From the IMG/VR virus record IMGVR_UViG_3300021399_000040: DNA of 39,124 bases. One strand, given 5' to 3'. Each line of letters starts with the position of its first letter. The stretch's first letter is position 1. The position numbers were made by a program, and so were the translations under genes. The stretch comes from a virus. Positions 32,792-39,124 of the stretch are shown here, in pieces. The notes under the pieces were generated by a model, which was given only the letters and a program-made list of their open reading frames with translations, did not search any database and was not told where the DNA came from.

Positions 32792-33490
32792 ATGATCGTG
32801 AACGGCGTGGACGTCAGGGAATACGGCGCGAAGCTGCTGACGGTCGAGGAACAGCCGCCGAAGATCAGCGTCCAGAAGGAAATGATCCAGCGGGCGCTGC
32901 TTCCGACGGAGTACGAAACAGACATCCCGCTGGGATCCCTGAAGCTGACGATCTACTTCCGCGCAAGGAACCGGGCAGAACTTCAGCGGACTGTATCAAG
33001 ATTCATGATGCAGTTCCGCAAGTCTGCCGTCCTGGAAGAGATCAGAGGATACAAAGGGAAGTACAAAGCATATCTGACAGACGACAGTCTGACGAAGACG
33101 CTGGATCTGTCGAAGAAGATTCTGGAACTGTCGATCGACGGGTATTTCTTCGATGACGATCTGGAAATAACATTCGACGGGAAGACGTCCGGACAGATCT
33201 TCGTGGAAAGCAGCAAGGACGCGCCGTGCATCATGGCGATCACAGCGAAGCAGCAGCTGACGGACTACACGATCACATTGAACGGCGAAGCCTACACCGT
33301 CGAGACACTGGCAGCAGGAAAGACGCTGATCGTCGACGGCAGGAGCGGGACGGCAACGATCGACGGGAAGAACGCCTTCGATCAGGTGTCGTTCTGGCAG
33401 TTCCCGCGCCTGGCAGCGGGCGAAAACGATCTGACGTTTTCTCCCGGATCTGCGAAGGTGATGCTGACGTACACACCGATGTGGATGTAA
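32792..33490 (+). CDS. Distal tail protein (Dit-like)
   Basis: The RBS is aaggaggg. The 232-aa ORF lies directly after the tape measure. The N-terminus MIVNGVDVREYGAKLL... is typical of siphovirus tail-family proteins. Confidence 0.75.
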   Translation: MIVNGVDVREYGAKLLTVEEQPPKISVQKEMIQRALLPTEYETDIPLGSLKLTIYFRARNRAELQRTVSRFMMQFRKSAVLEEIRGYKGKYKAYLTDDSLTKTLDLSKKILELSIDGYFFDDDLEITFDGKTSGQIFVESSKDAPCIMAITAKQQLTDYTITLNGEAYTVETLAAGKTLIVDGRSGTATIDGKNAFDQVSFWQFPRLAAGENDLTFSPGSAKVMLTYTPMWM

Positions 33491-33503
33491 GGAGGGCAGC
33501 AGG

Positions 33504-35243
33504 ATGATCCAGATATACGACGCGCTGCACAAGCGGATCGCGGCGATCGACATGATGGACGATCTGAAGATCGAAAAGACGCTGTCGTCCGGGGACAAGG
33601 AACTGTCGTTTTCGTATCCGAAGAACGGTGCGGCGATCGCGGCGCTGGCAGCGGAAAACTACATCCGGACAAAGGAAGACGAATACGTCCTGAAGGAGAT
33701 CGAGACAGGGGCGACGAAGAACAAGTATGTCGCGAAGCTGAACATCGAGGAACTGGAACAGCAGGAATTCACATATGGATTCGCATCAGAGACACAGACG
33801 GCGCGCGCCTGCCTTGAATTCGCATTCGAGGGAACCGGCTGGACGGTCGGCACGTGCACGATCACAAAGCGCCGGACGGTCGACATCGAAGACGCGTGCA
33901 CGGCGTGGGATGTCCTTCAGGACGTCCTGAAGACGTACATGTGCGAATGCAGCATAGACAGCATCCGGAAGGTGATCCATCTATATGAGCACATAGGAAC
34001 GGATCGCGGCGCCTACTTCATGGAGGGGCTGAACCTTCGGAAGCTGACAGTGAAGTCGAACACGTACGACTTCTACACGCGGATCTATCCGATCGGCAAG
34101 GACGGGATCACACCGGAAATCATGATCGGCGTTCCGTACCTGGACAACCATCAGTACACAGATAAGATCGTGCCGAAGATCTGGAAAGATGAACGGTACA
34201 CTATCACGGAAAATCTGATCGAGGACGCGCGGGCGAAGCTGGAAACAGCGTCCAGACCGTACACGGCCTACACTGCCGACGTCGCGGATCTGGCGGCACA
34301 GTCTGAAGAATACAGCCTGCTGGACTACGACATCGGCGACACGGTGTGGATCGTATCGAAGACGGAGAACACGCGGGCAAAGCAGCGGATCGTGAAGATG
34401 ACGGAATATCCGAAGGATCCGCAGAAGAACACTTGCGAACTGTCCAGCGTCGTGAAGACATTCGAACAGATCCAGACGGAGACACAGGAAAAGACACTGT
34501 CGGATGCCGTGTCCGTGTCTGAATCGAGGACGAAGCGGATCCTGCGGGGCGGGTACTGGACGACCGAAGAAGTCCAGGCGGCGATCACATCTTCGGAAGA
34601 AAAGATCGCGACATCCGTCCAGGCGATCCGGACAGAATCGCGGGATATGGCATCGGCGGCAGAGGAAGCCGCGAAGCTATACACAGACGATGCCAACAAC
34701 AAGACCGTGGAGCAGATGACGAACGAATATCAGACCATGATCGAACAGACATCCATCGACTTGAACATTTCGATCCGGTCGATGGAAGAGACGGTCACAG
34801 CGCAGGGCGAAGATCTGGAATCGTTCAAACAGGAGAACGAAACATACTTCCATTACACAGACGACGGCCTTGAAATCGGCAAGAAGCAGGACGGCGGCGT
34901 GATGCCGTTTTCCACAATGTTGTCGAACACGCGTCTTGAATTCAGGCAGGACGGATCACCGGTCGCATACATCCAGTACGACAAGCTGCACATCCTGAAC
35001 GTCGAAGCTGTCAGGCGATGGTCTGTCGGAGCGGCAGAGGATGGCGGATACTTCGACTTCATATCGACACAGTACGGGATGGGCGTCAAATGGAGGGAAG
35101 CGCAGGAAGAAGAACCGGCGACGGCGAACACGCTGCGCCTGCAAACGAAGATCAGGAAGGCAGCGGCACGACCGGCTGTATATCAGCAGCTGATCGATGA
35201 CAGCGGCGTCTTCCGGATGGAGGTGGCAGCAGATGGCAAATAA
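33504..35243 (+). CDS. Tail-associated protein (Tal / prophage tail endopeptidase-family N-terminal domain) with a coiled-coil C-terminus
   Basis: The RBS is aaggaggg. The product begins MIQIYDALHKRIAAID...KELSFSYPKNG...YIRTKEDEYVLKEIE... and includes ...YTRIYPIGKDGIT..., which resembles Prophage_tail family proteins. Confidence 0.75.
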   Translation: MIQIYDALHKRIAAIDMMDDLKIEKTLSSGDKELSFSYPKNGAAIAALAAENYIRTKEDEYVLKEIETGATKNKYVAKLNIEELEQQEFTYGFASETQTARACLEFAFEGTGWTVGTCTITKRRTVDIEDACTAWDVLQDVLKTYMCECSIDSIRKVIHLYEHIGTDRGAYFMEGLNLRKLTVKSNTYDFYTRIYPIGKDGITPEIMIGVPYLDNHQYTDKIVPKIWKDERYTITENLIEDARAKLETASRPYTAYTADVADLAAQSEEYSLLDYDIGDTVWIVSKTENTRAKQRIVKMTEYPKDPQKNTCELSSVVKTFEQIQTETQEKTLSDAVSVSESRTKRILRGGYWTTEEVQAAITSSEEKIATSVQAIRTESRDMASAAEEAAKLYTDDANNKTVEQMTNEYQTMIEQTSIDLNISIRSMEETVTAQGEDLESFKQENETYFHYTDDGLEIGKKQDGGVMPFSTMLSNTRLEFRQDGSPVAYIQYDKLHILNVEAVRRWSVGAAEDGGYFDFISTQYGMGVKWREAQEEEPATANTLRLQTKIRKAAARPAVYQQLIDDSGVFRMEVAADGK

Positions 35244-36744
35244 AACATTCGGCATACCGATCACGGCGAATACGGCACTTCAGAAGCCTGCGACGGCATA
35301 CGGGAGCGTATCAGGCGACGTCACGACGATCACGTCGGTCAGCATATCAGTCAGTGATAACGAGTGGATTTTAGGCTGCCTGGTCGAAGATTTCCCGAAG
35401 GTGACGATCATCGACGGGAAACAGTACAGATGGACGATAAAGACGAAGAAAAAGAGCATCGCCGGGAACGAATATGTCGCAGCGGCCACACTGAACATCG
35501 GGACAAAGCTGGTAATTAACAAACCATTCTTCACGATAAAGTACGGAACGAATCCTGTTTCGGAACCGTCTGAATGTGTCCGGTCATTCTATGATCTGGG
35601 ACGCCTGACATATTACGAATGGGATCCGGGTGCGTCAGACATCGAGATCACAGGAAACGAATCAGTCCCGCTGAACGTAGAAAGCGGCGACGATTCCATA
35701 TCGATTAAACTGACGACGGATGCGACATACAGGTTCACGTGGACGCTAAAGAATAAGACATACAGCAACACGAAGAAACTGGCCGCGAAGGCGACGCGGA
35801 TCACGAACAGCTACAAGATCCCGAAGCTGTGGAACGAAGAACTTCCGTCGTCAACATACGGGTGGATGGATCTGAAGATCGAAAGCATCTTCGGGACACA
35901 GGTATATCAGACTATCACGAAACAGATCAAAGTGACAGTTCCGGATGACTGCGTGCCGGTGATCAATTCGGTCACGGTCGCAGACAAGGCCGGGCGCGTC
36001 CCGGCATCGTGGAACATGTTCGTGGAAGAACAGTCGAACGTCGGCCTGTCCGCCGTGAGCGTGACGCCGTCATACGGATCCGCGATCGTATCTGTCACGA
36101 TGGAAGTGGACGACAAGACATACACGGGCACGCCGACGTCACTTCCGACGTCGAAGATCTTCGATACATACGGAGTGAAGACGATCACAGTCACGGTCAA
36201 GGATCAGAGAGGAAGGACAGCAGAGAAGTCCGCCCGGATCACGGTCGTCGAATATGATCCGCCGACGCTGTCGGTCGATTCGATGCGCTGCGGATCTGAC
36301 GGATCCATCGAGAACGAAGGCGTCTATTTTCTGGCGATGACCGACACGACATACAGCACGTGCAACGGGAAGAACAGTCTGACGCTGACAGTGGCCTACA
36401 AGCTGACAAGCAACTGGACATACGGAACGCCGAAGACGATCAGTCCGGGCGAAGGGCAGACGGCGGTCTGCGGCGGAGATCTGGACACGGAATTTTCCTA
36501 CGATGTGAAGTATGTCCTGAAAGACCAGTTCAACACTGTGACAGTGATCGACTTCGTGTCGACGGCGGTCTATCTGATGCACTTCCTGCACGGAGGGCGC
36601 GGCGTGGCCTTCGGGTCGAAAGCGACGCGCGAAAACTATGCGGACTTCGCATTCAATGCGATCTTCCGGGGGACGTGCGAATTTGAGAAGCCGAACGGGG
36701 AGACAGTCACGATCGCGCAGATCATAGAAAAATTAGGACTGTAG
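35233..36744 (+). CDS. Tail/baseplate structural protein (fibre-associated)
   Basis: An in-frame ATG follows the RBS ggaggtg and overlaps the upstream stop. The protein is beta-rich and Thr/Ser/Val-rich. The C-terminus reads ...LHGGRGVAFGSKATRENYADFAFNAIF... Confidence 0.65.
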   Translation: MANKTFGIPITANTALQKPATAYGSVSGDVTTITSVSISVSDNEWILGCLVEDFPKVTIIDGKQYRWTIKTKKKSIAGNEYVAAATLNIGTKLVINKPFFTIKYGTNPVSEPSECVRSFYDLGRLTYYEWDPGASDIEITGNESVPLNVESGDDSISIKLTTDATYRFTWTLKNKTYSNTKKLAAKATRITNSYKIPKLWNEELPSSTYGWMDLKIESIFGTQVYQTITKQIKVTVPDDCVPVINSVTVADKAGRVPASWNMFVEEQSNVGLSAVSVTPSYGSAIVSVTMEVDDKTYTGTPTSLPTSKIFDTYGVKTITVTVKDQRGRTAEKSARITVVEYDPPTLSVDSMRCGSDGSIENEGVYFLAMTDTTYSTCNGKNSLTLTVAYKLTSNWTYGTPKTISPGEGQTAVCGGDLDTEFSYDVKYVLKDQFNTVTVIDFVSTAVYLMHFLHGGRGVAFGSKATRENYADFAFNAIFRGTCEFEKPNGETVTIAQIIEKLGL

Positions 36745-36760
36745 AAAGGAGGATGCAGAC

Positions 36761-37567
36761 ATGAGCCTGAACAGGGTCATCAAAAGACTGAAGATCGAGA
36801 TGTCAGGATCTACGAAGCAGTATCAGGTATCGGCGAAGCAGCACGACAGGGCGACACGGTACGTCGAAATTCAGCTGCTGAATCAGGGCGCAGACTATGA
36901 GATCCCGCCCGGATCGAACGTCACGGCCTACATCAAGAAGCCGGATCTGAAGCGGGCATATTCGCCGTGCACGTTTTCCGGGTCTGTCGTCACGATGGAA
37001 CTGACGTCGCAGACACTGGCGGCAGCGGGGACGGCACTGGCAGAAATCGAAGTGAAGTCCGGGGACATGACCGAAGTCATCACGTCCTGCACATTCGAAA
37101 TCGAGATCGAACCGTGCGTCAAGGACGAAGACGCCATCATATCCGGCGATGAAATGTCACTGTTCGACGCGACCATGAAGGCATACGCGGAAGCGGAAGC
37201 CGCCCGCGTGACCGCAGAGAACGCCAGAAAGACGGCAGAGAACAGGCGCGTCAGCGCAGAGACAGGCCGCGCAAATGCGGAGAACGCCCGCGTGACCGCA
37301 GAGAACGCCCGCGTCGAAGCAGAGAACGCCCGCGTCGAAGCAGAGAACGCCCGCGTGACCGCAGAGAACGGACGCGTCACAGCAGAGAACGCGCGGCAGG
37401 AGAACGCGACGATCGTCCTGAATAAGGCGAATGAAGCCGTGGAGATCGCAAGCCAGATCAATGAAGCGTCGTACATCTACGACAGCGACAACGATGTGAA
37501 ATATGCGTATGCGATCTACGCGCAGCGGGGCGTCCCGCACATGTCACTGACAAAGATCACAGCATAA
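36761..37567 (+). CDS. BppU-N-like baseplate/fibre protein with a heptad-repeat coiled coil
   Basis: The RBS is gaaaggagg. The N-terminus ...QYQVSAKQHDRATRYVEIQLLNQGADYEIP...VTAYIKKPD... resembles the BppU N-domain. About 10 AENARVx heptads follow. Confidence 0.7.
   Translation: MSLNRVIKRLKIEMSGSTKQYQVSAKQHDRATRYVEIQLLNQGADYEIPPGSNVTAYIKKPDLKRAYSPCTFSGSVVTMELTSQTLAAAGTALAEIEVKSGDMTEVITSCTFEIEIEPCVKDEDAIISGDEMSLFDATMKAYAEAEAARVTAENARKTAENRRVSAETGRANAENARVTAENARVEAENARVEAENARVTAENGRVTAENARQENATIVLNKANEAVEIASQINEASYIYDSDNDVKYAYAIYAQRGVPHMSLTKITA
37195..37402 (+). repeat. Tandem 21-nt (heptad) repeats, about 10 units, in the fibre gene
   Basis: The unit gcagagaacgcccgcgtgacc and its variants give the translation EAARVT AENARKT AENRRVS AETGRAN AENARVT AENARVE AENARVE AENARVT AENGRVT AENARQE. 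Confidence 0.85.
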
Positions 37568-37582
37568 AGGAGGAACAAGAAA

Positions 37583-39124
37583 ATGGCAGACATGGATCTG
37601 ATTTTCCCTTCGTGGACACAGCACGAACGGATCGCTGCCGCACTGGAATCGATCGCGCTGAACGGCGGGTCATCCGATGCGGCTGTCCTTGACGCGGCGT
37701 GCAAAAGCGTCCTGGACGGAACGAACACCACGCGCGTGTTCTGGGAATTCTATCCGCGCGCAGCAGCAGCAGGAGAGACAAGCAAATACAAGATCCTTGA
37801 AAGATTCGCAAAGGCAGCGGCGCAGGCGTGGAACAGCAAGACGTACACGCTGCGAAGCTATGATGCAGCAGTATCCGGAAACACGGCGATGACGCCGATG
37901 GATGATCTGGCAGGAAAGAACGCTGCGCAGCTGTGCACAGCATCCGACGCAGCGGTCGAGGATTGGGCGGACGAAGATCCGATGACATGGTACATCCGGG
38001 CGAATGCGATGTCCCTGGAAGATGGAACCATGAACATCACATACTTCGAAGGCGAAGACGGATTCGACATCACAGGCGAAGACGCGCCCGTCTGGACGTT
38101 CGCGCTGGCGCTGTGGATCAAGGAATGGAACGACGGGTCGTTCAATTTCATCAGCTTCCGGACGACCAAAGGCGCGGGATTCTATCCGGACGCCGGGGAT
38201 GTCGCACCGGACGGAACGAAGCGGGCGCTGACATGGCATCCTTCATTCCCCGGCGGACTGAACAGCAGCGGCGCGCTGACATCCGGCGCAGGCATCAGGC
38301 CGTACAACTTCGCCAGCGCGACCGCAGGCATCACAGCAGCGCGCAAGATGACGATCTACGAAGGACTGTGGAATGACTGCGATACAAGATGGATCCTGCG
38401 GATGTGGCAGCTGCGGCACTTCGATCTGGAAAACAGCAACATCGCGAACGGCTGCATCAGCTACGACAGACAGTACCAGGTGGCGAAGGCAGAAGAAAAT
38501 GTGAAGCGCGTGATCCTGTCGACGACGCAGGCCGCGAACCTGATCGTCGGTTCGACCGTGTCGATCGGCGACATGGGATCGTCCACGAACAAGGACAGAG
38601 GACAGGCGCACATGCGGAACATTCTGGATCTGGTCAAGATCAGTTCCATCGAAACCGTCACGATCGACGGCGACGAACTGGCAGCGGTCGGCATCGAGAC
38701 GGAAAGCGCATTCACCACGACAGCGACGACATATATTTCGACGATGCCGTGGCATTCCGGCGCGACGGAACTTCTTCCGGGAAGGAAGGACGGATGCCCG
38801 CACGGTCTGACGAATGGAACGTCGCCGCTTCGTGTGGCTGGCGTGGAAGTCCTGGACGGCGCATATGCGGTCGGCCTGGATCCGCTTTATACCGTCACGG
38901 CGAACGCTGTGTCTGATTGGGATTATTCGATCTACGAATGCCGCGACAGTCAGAATCTGGCGGGATCCGTGACATCGAACTACGAAGACACTGGCCTGCT
39001 GTACGAAGGAATGAAATCCGGCTGGAACTATGTGAAGTCCTTCATGAAGACAAAGAAGGGCGTCCTGTTCCCGGAAGAGGTCGGCGGATCCGCGACGACA
39101 TACTTCAAGTCGGCCTTCTACGGT
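37583..39124 (+). CDS. DGR target protein, 5' part (tail fibre / receptor-binding protein). It runs off the window end and continues at 1-295, giving about 569 aa in total.
   Basis: The RBS aaaggagga lies at 37567-37575 and the ATG at 37583. The frame stays open to the last base of the window, so the ORF is absent from the supplied track. It is in phase with the 14..295 ORF across the 127-bp overlap and is the last gene of the tail module. Confidence 0.88.
   Translation, partial: MADMDLIFPSWTQHERIAAALESIALNGGSSDAAVLDAACKSVLDGTNTTRVFWEFYPRAAAAGETSKYKILERFAKAAAQAWNSKTYTLRSYDAAVSGNTAMTPMDDLAGKNAAQLCTASDAAVEDWADEDPMTWYIRANAMSLEDGTMNITYFEGEDGFDITGEDAPVWTFALALWIKEWNDGSFNFISFRTTKGAGFYPDAGDVAPDGTKRALTWHPSFPGGLNSSGALTSGAGIRPYNFASATAGITAARKMTIYEGLWNDCDTRWILRMWQLRHFDLENSNIANGCISYDRQYQVAKAEENVKRVILSTTQAANLIVGSTVSIGDMGSSTNKDRGQAHMRNILDLVKISSIETVTIDGDELAAVGIETESAFTTTATTYISTMPWHSGATELLPGRKDGCPHGLTNGTSPLRVAGVEVLDGAYAVGLDPLYTVTANAVSDWDYSIYECRDSQNLAGSVTSNYEDTGLLYEGMKSGWNYVKSFMKTKKGVLFPEEVGGSATTYFKSAFYG
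38998..39124. repeat. Terminal direct duplication (copy 2), identical to 1-127
   Basis: Same 127 bases as the window start. Position 38998 corresponds to position 1. Confidence 0.97.

Larger units (their letters stand above)
1..39124. mobile_element. Complete temperate siphovirus-like phage genome (HK97-type head module), circularly permuted in this window
   Basis: The window holds a full set of phage modules: lysis, integrase/repressor, replication, terminase, portal, protease, capsid and tail. It also carries an exact 127-bp terminal duplication. The modules are co-linear and nearly all on one strand. Confidence 0.9.

Overview
This window is a complete, circularly permuted temperate tailed-phage genome (or excised prophage). 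Bases 1-127 exactly repeat 38998-39124, so the unit length is 38,997 bp, and the window origin cuts through a tail gene.

Almost every gene is on the + strand, is tightly packed and has a strong GGAGG-type ribosome-binding site (RBS). This, plus a moderately GC-rich composition by eye, suggests a Clostridia-like Firmicutes host. That host assignment is inference only.

Gene order from the window start:
- 3' end of a tail/receptor-binding gene.
- A diversity-generating retroelement (DGR): variable repeat (VR) 113-256, template repeat (TR) 358-501, reverse transcriptase (RT) 693-2081.
- A PBSX-like lysis cassette: XkdW/XkdX-like small genes, a membrane coiled-coil protein, a phi-LC3-type holin, and a GH73-CHAP-CW_7-SH3b endolysin.
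- A minus-strand lysogeny module: large serine integrase, a small accessory gene, an XRE/CI-like repressor.
- A divergent promoter/operator region.
- An early operon of small, partly very acidic proteins.
- A replication and maintenance module: HUH rolling-circle Rep, membrane-anchored lytic transglycosylase, VRR-NUC nuclease, ParA, a ParB-DUF3850 fusion, SSB.
- A sigma-region-4-like late regulator.
- HNH endonuclease, TerS (P27 family) and TerL.
- An HK97-type head module: portal, ClpP-like protease, major capsid, head-tail joining proteins.
- A tail module: major tail protein, a G/T chaperone pair with an A_AAT_TTT slippery site, tape measure, Dit, Tal, two fibre/baseplate proteins.
- The DGR target gene (37583 to the window end, continuing at 1-295).

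The outstanding signal is the DGR. The two 144-bp repeats differ at 11 positions, and all 11 are adenines of the downstream copy. I could not recognise an Avd-type accessory gene, and the RT looks atypical by eye.

I saw no rRNA, tRNA or CRISPR array.
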